In this document: positions 38,446-50,949 of the stretch, piece after piece
Position numbering within the stretch: position 1 is the stretch's first letter
Layout of the letters: each line of letters starts with the position of its first letter
Source: Mobula birostris
Taxonomy: Eukaryota
Reading direction: 5' to 3'
Assembly: GCF_030028105.1 (NCBI RefSeq)
Contig: NC_092382.1
Span: 100,394,699-100,458,698 of the forward strand
Length of the DNA: 64,000 bases
The notes under the pieces: model-generated
Told to the model about the DNA's origin: nothing
What the model saw: only the letters and a program-made list of their open reading frames with translations
The model's database searches: none
Position numbers and translations under genes: made by a program

Positions 38446-40102
38446 TGTCACGTACCCCGTGACGGGTTAAAGAACCAGCAGAAATGGAAAACTCTTTGGA
38501 GTCCAGTATTGCTATTAACTAATGGTATTTCTTTACTGTGCCTATGAACTGTTCCTCATCAAGTTATGGTATTGCTTTGCACTGCTGTAACTATATGGTA
38601 TAATTATGTGGTTTTGTCAGTGTTAGTCTTTGGTCTGTCTTGGATGGTATGGCGAATGGTATGCTGGCATTTATAGCAAGAGGATTCGAGTACAGGAGCA
38701 GGGAGGTACTACTGCAGTTGTACAAGGCCTTGGTGAGACCACACCTGGAGTATTGTGTGCAGTTTTGGTCTCCTAATCTGAGGAAAGACATCCTTGCCAT
38801 AGAGGGAGTACAAAGAAGGCTCACCAGATTGATTCCTGGGATGGCAGGACTTTCATATGATGAAAGACTGGATCGACTAGGCTTATACTCGCTGGAATTT
38901 AGAAGATTGAGGGGGGCTCTGATTGAAACGTATAAAATCCTAAAGGGATTGGACAGGCTAGATGCAGGAAGATTGTTCCCGATATTGGGGAACACCAGAA
39001 CGAGGGGTCACAGTTTGTGGATAAAGGGGAAGCCTTTTAGGACCGAGATGAGGAAAAACTTCTTCACACAGAGGGTGGTGAATCTGTGGAATTCTCTGCC
39101 ACAGGAAACAGTTGAGGCCAGTTCATTGGCTATATTTAAGAGGGAGTTAGATTTGGCCCTTGTGGCTAAAGGGATCAGAAGGTATGGAGGGAAGGCTGGT
39201 ACAGGGTTCTGAGTTGGATGATCAGGCATGATCATACTGAATGGCTGTGCAGGCTCGAAGGGCAGAATGGCCTACTCCTGCACCTATTTTCTATGTTTCT
39301 ATGCCTTGTTTTCTGTGATATCACGCCGGAGAAACATTGTATCATTTCTTAATGCATGTATGCATTTCTAAATGACAATAAAAGGGAACTGAATGTTCTC
39401 ATAATCTAATTAATGGTATTTATTAGTACTACGCAATACAGTAATATAAGTGCAGATATATCAAACAGGTTAGCAATGATTTTATATATATGTGTGTGTG
39501 TGTGTGTGTGTCTGTCTGTGTGTGTGCGTGTGTGTGTGTGTGTGGAAATATATGAAAACCAAGCTTCTTCAAGTCTACGGGTAAATAGTCTTACGATGAT
39601 GAGTAAAGTTCAGCTCAGTTCGCCGTATGAGTTGAGTAGTGATGGAGAGAGAGAGGGAGAGAGATTTGAGCCTTCAGGTGAGCTGACGCCGTCGATCTTC
39701 CCGTTGTCCTCCGAATTCCTTTAGAAGTCACCAACTATGACCACAACAAAGGGGACCGCTCTTCTGTGGTGGAATAATCAACCCAGGCGAGGGGGGGAAC
39801 ACACGAATAACTCCCCACCGGTCACTCCCTTTTCTCACTGCGAGAGCCACTGATCGATCCTCCAAAACCCACTTTTTCTGTGGGCACAACAAAGTTCATT
39901 CAGCGTCCAAATCCATGTGTCTGTAGGTCTATCGTCTGACTACCTATTTGTCTCACCGTGCTGAACACCAGCTGTCTATGAAGCAGCCCCCCTCCCCTTT
40001 CTTTCTCTCTCTTTTTAACAAGGTGTCTGTGTTCCACAACTCTCTCTCTCTCTCTCTCTTTTAAAAGCACAGTTCATAGGGGTAATTCGGGATCCCGCCA
40101 CA
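38446..40102 (-). mobile_element. Solo LTR interrupted by nested LINE fragments
   Basis: TG...CA termini (TGTCAC...GCCACA) flanked by 4-bp direct repeat CCGT (38442-38445, 40103-40106); insert 38531-39410 flanked by TAATGGTATTT repeats. Confidence 0.75.
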
Positions 40103-40832
40103 CCGTGGAGAGTAGATTCTCCTGCAGATCAAATCACTGCACAGTACCACAGAGGGGTAGAAAGCCATGAGGGTGAACGCGCTCAGTGCTTGTCCCCAGG
40201 GTTGGGGGCATCTAGGACGAGAGGGCATAGTTATTATTTGCAGGGGGTGGGGGGAGAGAGAGAGATTTAATCGGGGCTCGAGGGCCATTTTATTTCCGCA
40301 CGCGGGCGTGTGTTGGTGGAGCACACTGCCAGTGGGGGTGATGAAGGCAGGTACAATAACATCTACTGAAAGGCATTTGGACAGGTACAGGAATGGGAAA
40401 GGTGGGGAATGTTGTGAGACGAACACGGGTAAATGGGATCAGACTGAACAGGGCATCTTTACCGGTGAAGGCAGTGTTTCCATGCTGAACGATTCCGGCC
40501 CTCTTTGCGTTCTCTGGAGTGGCGGGGGTGGGGGGAGAAGCTTCACTGGAGGGCTGCGGAATTATGTAAGGTAGAGATGCGGCAGACTTCGAGCATTGCA
40601 CCCCGTGAAAGAAAGCAGAGGCGTATGTTAAGATCGCGGGTGGTCAGGGCATAGTGGGTGCCCGGAGCTTCGACATATCTACCCGAACTATTGGGAGGCC
40701 CGCTCGGGAAACGAAGGAATAGCGGCCAGAAACAAGACAAGCCTGAAGGGAAAAGCAGCAGGCGGCCGAGTGGTTAGGAGGTTGGGAAGGGACTGGAAAG
40801 ACGCTGCCTAAGAGAAAAGGGGAGAGATAGAG

Positions 40833-40892
<60 letters not shown>

Positions 40893-41737
40893 GAGAGAGA
40901 GGGGGGAAGAAAGGAGATGTGGGAGAGGAGAAAGCGAAGGCGGATGAGAGGGAGATGAGAGAATAGAAGAGCGAGAGATGGAGGGAGGATTAGTTGTTAG
41001 AGAAAGGAGAGGGGCAGAGAGGTGGGGAGAAGGGGGATTTGGCGGAGAGATGGGGTGGGAGATGGAGAAGGACTGAAAGAGGAGAGGAGACAGGGCGAGA
41101 GGGAGAGTGCCTGAGAAGAGGAGAGGGGGAGAGGGACAGGAGACTGGGGAGAGCAGAGAGAGGAGAGGGACAGGGAAGCTGGTCCGGTTGCAAGGGATGG
41201 AAGAAGAAGAGATGGGGATGTGGGAGAAGAGGGAGGCCGATAGACAGCTCAGGGAGAACGAAGGGGGAAAATGGGAGAGAGGAGGGAGGGGGCGGAGAAA
41301 GGAATGAGGGACAAGGAAGGAAAAAGTGGGAGAAGGGACAGAATAAAATTTCAGAGGTGGGGAGGGACTGCGGGAAGGGTGTGAAGGGGAATAGAAGGGG
41401 AGATTAGCAGAAATGAGAGTTCGATAAGGGAGGGGAGGAGTGGGAGAGAGGGGTGAGAGAGCTGAGGGGGGTGGGGTGAAAGAGCGACTGGGGTGGATCA
41501 AGAGCTGCTTATCACGTTTTCCACGCGGTCGACCGCTGGGGATGACTGGAGGCAGCTGACTCGTGGGGTAGCATGCAGGCAAAGGGCCGAGCGGCGAGCT
41601 TCGGTGTAGCTCGACCCTCCGGCCACCGCGCTCGCCGTGGGAGCGTCGTCCCGGCGGCCCCACCTTCCCCACGGGCTCCTGCGCCCATTGGGCAGCTGGC
41701 CAGAGGGCGGGGCCACCACCCTGTCGTCAGCACTGTT

Positions 41738-41820
41738 TTTTTTTGTATGACTGTCTATCACCGTGGGAGTAGCATGGGTGACACTGTGTTACACTCCGGC
41801 CGGCGCGCCGTACGAAAAAC
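41738..41820 (+). other. TRBD: Second D segment (GGAGTAGCATGGGTGA, 41766-41781) with 5' 12-RSS and 3' 23-RSS
   Basis: TTTTTTTGT, 12 nt (ATGACTGTCTAT), CACCGTG | D | CACTGTG, 23 nt, ACGAAAAAC; heptamers identical to D1 and spacers start like D1's (ATGACT, TTACA). Confidence 0.9.
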
Positions 41821-43525
41821 CCCCTCCACTCCTGGCAAAGACTTTGTGGGGTGGTAGGTGTAGGGTTAGAGGCACAAGCTTAAGGAACATAGGGCACCCA
41901 ACCCGCAAACGCTCAGCCGCAGATCCTTCGGCACATGACGACGCGCCCTGGTAATCGAATTTGTTAAGGTGCATTGTTGAGCATCAAGAAAGCTCACCTC
42001 CGTCCCAGGATGCTGACGGACCACTATACCATTGAGACCATGCTCGCCAACTGCACCTCAGTGTGGTACGGCAATTGTCCCGTATCGGACCGCAGAGCAC
42101 TCCAGCCTGTTGTGAAAACTGCCCAGCGGATTATCGGCACCCAATTGAGAACATCTACCATAAACTCTGCCTGAGCAGGGTGAAAAAGCGTTATCAGGAA
42201 TGCATCTCACCCTAACCATGGACTTTTTACTCTCCTCCCATCCGGTAGGCGCGACAGGAGCCTCCGCTCCCGCACCAGCAGGCACAGGAAGAGCTTCTTC
42301 CTTGAGGCTGTGACCCTGCTGAACCTCACATCACAGCGTTAAGCAGTATTGCGCCTATACTGTACTCTCTCAGTACTTTTATATTTGTGTGCTGCAGCAC
42401 TTACTTTTTATTCGCTGTTATTTTGTAAATAACACTATTCTTTGCATCTCTGGTTAGATTAGATTATGAGGACACGCAGTCCTCTTTTATTGACATTTAG
42501 CAATGCATGCGTTACGAAATGATACAATGCTCCTCCAGAATGTTATCACACAAACACAAGACAAACCAAGACTGAAAAACTGACAAAACAACCACATAAT
42601 TATAACATATAGTTACAACAGTGCAAAGCAATACCGTAATTTGATAAAGAACAGACCATGGGCACGGTAAACTAAAATCTCAAAGTCTCTCGAAAGTGCT
42701 ATCATCTCACGCAGACGGTAGAAGGAAGAAACTCTCTCCCTGCCATCAGCTTCCAGCGCCGCAAACTTGCCGATGCAGCACCCTGGAAGCACCCGACCAC
42801 AGTCCAACTTTTGAGGCCATCCGAAAACTTCGAGCCTCCGACCAGCCCTCCGACACCGAGCACCGAGCACCATCTCTGCCGAGCACTTCGACCCCGGCCC
42901 GGCAACAGGCAATAGACAAAGCCGAGGATTTGGGTCTCAATCACGCAGTAGCAGCGGCAGCGAAGCGGGCATTTCAGATGCTAATTGCATTTCGTTGGCT
43001 TTGTATCTGTACTTAGCACAATGAAAATAAAGTTGAATCTGATCTCATCTCATCTAAATTTGTTTATGGCCGTATGCACTGAAATAAGTTCGTCAGTACA
43101 CCATCCATACAGATTACACCTTTACATCGAGGTAGCACAATGGGGAAACTATGAGAAAAAGTGTTACAGTTAGAGAGAAAGGGCACGGCAGATGGATTGT
43201 CGGCTGCTAAGGCCACGACGAGGTAGATCGTGAGGTCAAGAGTCTAGCTTATCGCACTGTTCGTCTGATAACGGCGTCAAACCCGCAATAAAACGCCGAT
43301 GTAAACGAAATCTCCTCCGGCCAAGGTCTTGTTGGTCAACCCTGAATTAACGGCACATCCATCTGTCTGTCTGAGAGTCTCTTCAACGACCCTGTCCTAC
43401 CTGCCTCCACCACCACCCATTCCAGGCACCCACGGCTCTCTGTGCGTGAATCAAAACCTGCTCCGCGCGTCTCCTTGTCAGTACCTCCGGTTGAACCTTG
43501 CCTTTTTCTGTGTTTTCCCCCGAGC

Positions 43526-43865
43526 TGTCAGTCTGTGGCTTGTATTGCCATGTGCTCTTGTTTGTTCTCATGCCCCATGTGCCCCTATCCACGCTCCTGC
43601 TCTCCTCCGGCCCCTGTATTACTGAGTATTCCGCCTCTCACCTGTTTCTCGTGATCACCTGTTTTGCCGCCACTTCTGTCTCTTTGCTCTCCACCTATCA
43701 TCTGCCTCTCTCTGTTTATTGCTCAGAGTATTTCAGTCCTGTTTTTTCACCTGTTTGTTGCCAGATTGTGCCAGTGAATTTTCCTGAGCCTTTCCAGCAT
43801 TCGTGTCTGTACTCTGTCCGTCTGAATATCGACTCTGCCTGTTTGCCGATTCTGGTTTCTGGACT
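43526..43865 (+). mobile_element. Possible truncated Gypsy-type LTR fragment
   Basis: Starts TGTCA, CACCTG-rich, cut by a CR1 tail; no partner LTR seen. Confidence 0.3.
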
Positions 43866-44885
43866 TAGAAACCATAGAACCCATAGAACCATAGAAACTA
43901 CAGCACGGAAACAGGCCTTTTGGCCCTTCTTGGCTGTGCCGAACCATTTTCTGCCTAGTCCCACTGACCTGCACACGGACCATATCCCTCCATATACCTC
44001 CCATCCATGTATCTGTCCAATTCATTCTTAAATGTTCAAAAAAGAACCCGCGTTTACCATCTCGTCTGGCAGCTCATTCCACACTCCCACCACTCTCCGT
44101 GTGAAGAAGACCCCCACCCAATAGACCAGAAGATAAAGGAGCAGAAGTAGGCCATTCGGCTCATCGAGTCTGCTCCGCCATTTTATCATGAGCTGATCCA
44201 TTCTCCCATTTAGTCCCACTCCCCCGCCTTCTCACCATAACCTTTGATGCCCTGGCTACTCAGATACCTATCAGTCTCTGCATTAAATACACCCAATGAC
44301 TTGGCCTCCACTGCCGCCCGTGGCAACAAATTCCATAGATTCACCACCCTCTGACAAAAAAAAATTCTTCGCATTTCTGTTCTGAATGGGTGCCCTTCAA
44401 TCCTTAAGTCATGCCCTCTCGTACTAGACTCCCCCATCAAGGGAAACAACTTCGCCATATCCACTCTGTCCATGCCTTTCAACATTCGAAATGTTTCTAT
44501 GAGGTCTCCCCTCATTCTTCTAAACCCCAAGGAATACAGTCCAAGAGCGGACTAAAGTTCCCTTTAAACGTCTCCCCCCTTCACCCTTAACCCATGTCCT
44601 CTGTTTTTTACTCCCGTTGCCTCAGTAGAAAAAGCCTGCTTGCATTCACTCTATCTATACCCATCATAATTTTATATACCTCTATCAAATCTCCGCTCAT
44701 TCTTCTACGCTCCAGGGAATAAAATCCTAATGTATTCAACCTTTCTCTGTCACTGAGTTTCTCAAGTCCGGGCAACATCCTTGTAAACCTTCTCTGCACT
44801 CTTTCAACCTTATTAGTATCCTTCCTGTAATTTGGTGACCAAAACTGAACACAATACTCCAGATTCGGCCTCACCAATGCCTTAT
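43865..44885 (-). mobile_element. Stacked CR1-like 3' fragments
   Basis: [25 protein letters not shown] ORFs. Confidence 0.8.
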
Positions 44886-44999
44886 AGTCCTAGTCAGAGT
44901 CATAGTCATACTTTATTGATCCGGGGGAAATTGGTTTTCGTTACAGTGGCACCATAAATAATAAATAGTAATAGAACCATAAATAGTTAAATAGTAATA

Positions 45000-46190
45000 T
45001 GTAAATTATGCCAGTAATTATGCCTATTGGTTCAGGGTGTCTGACCCTTCAAGGGAGAAGTTGTAAAGTTTGATGGCCACAGTCAGGAATGACTTCCTAT
45101 GACGCTCTGTGCTGCATCTCGGTGGAATGAGTCTGTGGCTGAATGTACTCCTGTGCCCACCCCGTACATTATGTAGTGGATGGGAGACATTGTCCAAGAT
45201 GGCATGCAACTTGGACAGCATCCTCTTTTCAGACACCACCGTCAGAGAGTCCAGTTCCATCCCCACAACATCACTGGCCTTACGAATGAGTTTGTTGATT
45301 CTGTTGGTGTCTGCTACCCTCAGCCTGCTGCCCCAGCACACAACAGCAAACATGACCGCACTGGCCACCACAGACTCGTAGAACATCCTCAGCATCGTCT
45401 GGCAGATGTTAAAGGACCTCAGTCTCCTCAGGAAATAGAGACAACCTCATCATATCATTCCAGCTCTCTGGGGTGCTCCCACGATTTGTACCAGCTGGGC
45501 AACCTCCAGAGCAACATTTCTCTGGGGTGTTTCGATCTCTGCCTGAACTTTGACGTTGTTTGCACCTCGGGATTTGTTGCGCAATTAATACCGTGGGGCC
45601 ATTCAGATTGCTAAGTCTGCTCTTCGCTTCAGGGATGTGGTTGGCCAAGTCCAACATGGGAGAGCCGGTCTCCCCTGTTCAGCCAAGGAGGCATGCAGAG
45701 GGTGAGATACATTGTCCGGAAATGCCAGGATTTTCGGTAGGGGACTTTGTTCCACCACAGCCTCCAGTGTGTCCAGTTTGACTCCTATAACAGAGCCGGC
45801 CTTTCCAATCGGTTTATTGAGTCTCTTGGCTTCCCCTGTCGTCCCAGCACACCACCGCACAGAAGATCGTACGGGCGACATTGGACTGGTAGAACGCGTG
45901 GAGGAGAGGCACGCATGCTCCAAAGGACATCGGCCTCCTCAGGAAGTGGCGATCTGCAACTTCTTGTACGCAGCCTCTGTGTTGGTGCTCCGCGCAACAT
46001 ATTGAGTATTCACGCGAGGAAATGAAACTCAGGGCTGTGCATGTACATTGAACGGTGAGCTTTGGACAGGGGATGGTTTGAGAGCGATAACTCATAGAAG
46101 ACGGTAACAGTCCACTGGACTGCTGTGGCTGCTCTCTTTCCTCGTACTCCGAGGCCGCCATGTTCCTTGACACTCCCCACCATTCACGGT
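45000..46190 (-). mobile_element. Rex1/Babar-like LINE C-terminal fragments
   Basis: FYESVVASAVMFAVVCWGS...RINKLIRKAS...HPLH; similar fragments at ~30180-30720 (-), ~37860-38110 (-) and ~41970-42420 (+). Confidence 0.7.
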
Positions 46191-46892
46191 GTGGGTCCTA
46201 GCCACGTATGCTGAGGTCACTATGTCCAGAGAACCAGAGAACCATAGCACAGAAAACAGGCCATTCGGCCCTTCTATTCTGTGCCGAAACTTTATTCCGC
46301 TAGTCCCACTGACCTGGATCCAGTCCATAACCCTCCAGACCTCTCCCGTTCATGTATCTATCCAATTTATTTTAAAACTTCAGAGTGAGCCCGCGTTTAC
46401 CAGGTCAGATGGCAGCTCTTTCCACACTCCCACCACTCTCTGAGTGAAGAAGCTCCCCCTAAACCTTTCCCCATTCACACTAAAGCCACGTCCTCTGGTG
46501 GTTATCTTTCTTAATCTAAGTGGAAAGAGCCTATTCACATTTACTCTGTCCTCACCCCTCATAATTTTGTAAACCTCTATCAAATCTCCCCTCATTCTTC
46601 TACGCTCCAGGGAATAAAGTCCTAACCTGTTCAATCTTTCCCTGTAAACTCAACTCCTGAAGACCCGACAACAGTCTAGTAAATCTTCTCTGCACTCTTT
46701 CAATGATGGATGCCGCCTTCTTGAGACTACTGCCCCCACCCCGCACCCCCTTCAATCCCGATCTCGGGATCGCTCGGACCTAAACGTCGACTGCTTGATC
46801 GCCTACATAGATTCTGCCTTGCCTGTTGAGATTCTCCTGCATTTCATGAGCTTTGCTCCACTGTTCACGCCATGTAGGTCAACGATATCAAT

Positions 46893-47125
46893 CGGATTCT
46901 GATTCTGATTCTGATTTGGATTCTGAATCTGATTCTGATTCTAATTCTCTCTATGATTATGATTATGATTTAGATTTTGATCCTGATTACGTTTAGATTT
47001 TGATTCTGATTCTGATTTGGATTCTGATTCTGATTCTAATTCTGACTATGATTATGATCATGATTTAGATTTTGATCCTGATTACGTTCAGATTTTGATT
47101 CTGATTCTGATTCTGGTCCTGATTC
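46893..47125. repeat. (GATTCT)n hexamer repeat
   Basis: Direct reading. Confidence 0.85.
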
Positions 47126-47588
47126 TACATCCGATTTGTGGTTCCTGATTAGGAGACCTCGGTTGGGAGAAGATGAAATGGAAATATTTGGGAGGATTTC
47201 AGACAGACGCGTGAACAGCCGGGGTAGAGAGGACTATGTGCCGTGTGCAGTCGGATGGGTTCAATGCAATCTGGTCTCCTTACTTGAAGGGATGATGTTC
47301 AAGTCCCTTTGGGGAGTAGATTTAAGGTGAAGATGAGGAGAAACTCTTCTCACCACTCTCCCACTTTCTTCCTTCTCTCTCCCCTCTACCCACAGTCCCA
47401 ATCTCAACTCCCCTCCACGTCTTCCCGCCAAACCCCAGTCACTCTGCTCACTCTTACCTCTCCTTCCTTCTCTCCCTCCATCCGTCTCTCTCCCTTCCCC
47501 TCTCCCTCCATCCGTCTCACTCCCTTCCCCTCTCCCTCCATCCGTCTCTCTCCCTTCCCCTCTCCCTCTCTCTCTCTACCTTCTCTCG

Positions 47589-47632
<44 letters not shown>

Positions 47633-47787
47633 GAGAATGCTGTCCCATGAAGGGACGAGCGGCCTCCCCGTTGCGAACCAACTCTTTATCCCTCCCTTCT
47701 GTATCGCCCTTACGGGCGACGGACGTGGCAGAGGCTAGAGGCCTCTTCAACCCTGGCAGTGCAGACGAGGCAAGAGAGACCTGGGTG

Positions 47788-47868
47788 TGTTTTGTCACGG
47801 TGCCCAATCGCTGTGCTCTGCGAGCGCAGAAGCCTATTTCGGCAGCGGGACCAAACTGGTCGTCCTGG
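47788..47868 (+). CDS. TRBJ: J-beta SASAEAYFGSGTKLVVL (J 47816-47868; 12-RSS 47788-47815)
   Basis: FGxG motif; TGTTTTGTC, 12 nt, CGCTGTG; GTGAGT donor at 47869. Confidence 0.93.
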
Positions 47869-48149
47869 GTGAGTGGATTCACGTCTAGTGCCAATCCTGT
47901 CTGAGTCGGAGCAGAGTGGGATGGACGGGGGCCAAATAGAGGCAGGCATATCGGGGAAAGGACGACCTCCGGCTGCTCCCGGGGAAGGAGGATGAGAAAC
48001 GAGAACCCGGGGGAGATTCCTTCAAAGGGAGAGTGGGAAGGGGGAGATCGGAGAGAAGGGCAGAACGTTACTCCTCGCAGCGCAGAAGATTTAATGGTGA
48101 TTTTTTTTCTTCTCCACCGTGAAGATGTAAGAAGTTAGAGAGGTGTGGG

Positions 48150-49580
48150 ACAAGTATTGGGAAATTGCAAATGTTACTCCGCTATTTAAGAAGAGTAGGA
48201 AACAGCAGAAAGGAAACTATAGACCTGTTAGCCTGACATCATAGGTTCGGAAGTTGTTGCAATCGATTGTTGGGGATGAGATTACGGAGTACCTGGAGGC
48301 ACATGACAAGATAGGCCAAAGCCAGCATGTTTTCCTGAAAGGAAAATCCTGCCTGACAGACCCACTGCAATTCTTTGAGGAAATTACAAGCAGGGTAGAC
48401 AAAGGAAATGCAGTAGACATGGTGTACTTGGATTTTCAGAAGGCCTTTGATGAGGTGCCACACATGAGGCTGCTCAGCAAGATAAGAGACCATGGAATTG
48501 CAGGGGAGTCACTAGCATGGGTGGAACATTGGCTGGTCGGTAGAAAACAGAGAGTGGAAATAAAGGGATCCTATTCTGGCTGGCTGCCGGTTGCCAGTGG
48601 AGTTCCACAGGGGTCGGTGTTGGGGCCGCTGCTTTTAACGATGTATGTCAATAACTTTGACAATGGGATTAATGGATTAATGGCTAAATTTGCCGATGCT
48701 ACAAAGATCGGTGGAGGAGCGGGTAGTGTTGAGGAAGCAGAGAGCCGGTAGAGAGACTTAGATAGTTGAGGGGAATGGTCAAAGAAGTGGCAAATGAAAT
48801 ACAATGTTGGAAAGTGTATGGTCATACACTTTGGAGGAAGAAATAAACGGGCCGACTATTATTTAGATGGGGAGAGAATTCAAAATGCAGAAATGCAAAG
48901 GGAGATCTTGTGCAGGATACCCTAACGGTTAATCTGCAGATTGAGTCGGTGGTAAAGAAGGCATTCATTTCTAGAGGTATAGAATATAAGAGCAGGGATG
49001 TGATATTAAGGCTCTATAAGGCACTCGTGAGACCATACTTGGAGTATTGTGCGCAATTTTGGGCTCCTTAATTTAGAAGGGATATACTGACATTGGAGAG
49101 TGTTTGGAGAAGATTCACGAGAATGATTCCAGGAATGAAAGGGTTACTGTATGAGGAACGTCTGGCATCTCTTGGACTCTGTTCCCTGGAGTTCAGGAGA
49201 ATGGGGGTGGATCTCATAGAAACATTCCGAATGTTAAAAGGCCTGAACAGATTAGATATGGCAAAGTTATATCCCATGGTTGGGGAGTCCAGGACAAGCG
49301 GGCACGACTTCAGGGTTGAAGGACGTCCGAGAACAGAGATGCGGCGAAATTTTTTTAGTCGGAGGGTGGTAAGTCTGTGGAATTCGTTGTCCCGTGCGGC
49401 TATGGAGGCCAAGTCAATGGGTGCATATAAGGGAGATGTAGATAGGATATTGATTAGCCAGGGAATCAAGGGGTTTAGGGTGAAAGAAGGCGAGTGGGGA
49501 TGACTGGAAGAATTGGATAAGGCCATGGTTGAATGGCAGAACAGACTCGATGGGCCGACTGGCCTCTCTCTGCTCCTATA
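48150..49580 (+). mobile_element. CR1-like RT fragment
   Basis: SQHVFLKGKSCLT, YLDFQKAFD, SGVPQGSVLGPLL, KFADATK. Confidence 0.88.
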
Positions 49581-49729
49581 TCTCCTGGTCTTATGGTCTT
49601 AAATGAGGTGAGGCTGATAGACATCCTGGTCGGTATCGACATGAAGAGGCCGAACGGCCTTTTACCGTACTGTACAATTTCATGGCGCCAATTCAAGATT
49701 TTCGCTACCCCGGTAAAAGGCGTTTGACG

Positions 49730-50940
49730 CAGGGACAGGGTTCCCTGAAAGTGGAGTCACGGGTAGTCAGGGACGCCGGGGAGTGTTGTAGAACAGAGGG
49801 ACCCAGGGGTACGGCGACATGGTTCCTGAAGTTGGAGTCACGGGTAGACAGGGTCCCCGGGGAGTGTTGTAGAACAGAGGGGCCCAGGGGTACAGGGACA
49901 GGGTTCCCTGAAGGTGGAGTCACAGGTAGACGGGGACCCCGGGGAGTGTTGTAGAACAGAGTGACGTAGGGGTACAGGGACACGGTTCCCTGAAAGTGGG
50001 GTCACAGGTGGACGGAGACCCTGGGGAGTGTTGTAGAACGGAGTGACCCAGGGGTACAGGGACACGGTTCCCTGAAAGTGGAGTCACAGGTAGACTGGGA
50101 CCCTGGGGAATGCTATAAAACGGAGGGACCCAGGGGTACAGGTACACGGTTCCCTGAAAGTGGAGTCACGGGTAGACAGGGACCCCGGGGAGTGTTGTGG
50201 AACAGAGGGACCCAGGGGTACAGGGATACGGTTCCCTGAATGTGGAGACACAGTTAAGCAGGGACCCTGGGGAGTGTTGTGGAACAGAGGGACCCAGGGG
50301 TACAGGGACAGGGTTCCCTGAAGGTGGAGTCACAGGTAGACAGGGACCCCGGGGAGTGTTGTGGAACAGAGGGACCCAGGGGTACAGGGACAGGGTTCCC
50401 TGAAAGTGGAGTCACGGGTAGACAGGAACCCCGGGGAGTGTTGGGGAACAGAGGGACCCAGGGGTACAGGGACAGGGTTCCCTGAAAGTGGAGTCACGGG
50501 TAGACAGGGCGGTGAAGAAGGCGTTCAACATGCCGGCCTTCATCAGTCAGGACACTGAGTACGGGAGTCGGGAGGTCACGTCCCGGTTGTACGAGACGTC
50601 GGTGAGGCCGCGCTGGGAGTACGGTGTTCGGTTTTGGTCACCTTGCTGTCGGAAAGATGCCGCTGAGTTGGAGAGAGTGCGGAGGGAGATTTACGAGGAT
50701 GTTGCCGGAACTCGAGGGACTGAGTTACGGAGAGAGGTCGGGCATGTTGGGACTTTATTCCTCAGAGCGTAGGGGTGACCTTACAGAGGTGTGTAAAACC
50801 ACGAGGGGCACAGATAGGCTGAATCAGGAACCAGAGGGCACACGTTTAAGGTGAGGGGGGAGAGAATTGATTGGAGCATGAAAGGCCAGTTTCTACACAA
50901 AAGCTAACGGTAAGGCTCCAGGTGGTGAAGTAAGCTTTTC
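49730..50940 (+). repeat. CR1 fragment with 82-bp tandem array (~9-10 units, ~49730-50510)
   Basis: Repeated MEQRDPGVQGQGSLKVESQVDR ORFs spaced 82 nt apart; CR1 continues as VDRAVKKAF... Confidence 0.88.
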
Positions 50941-50949
50941 GTATGCTAG

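Noticed and set aside
31600-41700. Searched by eye for a TCR constant exon
   Set aside because: No C1-set motifs seen; the sequence is largely explained by repeats. A small exon could have been missed.
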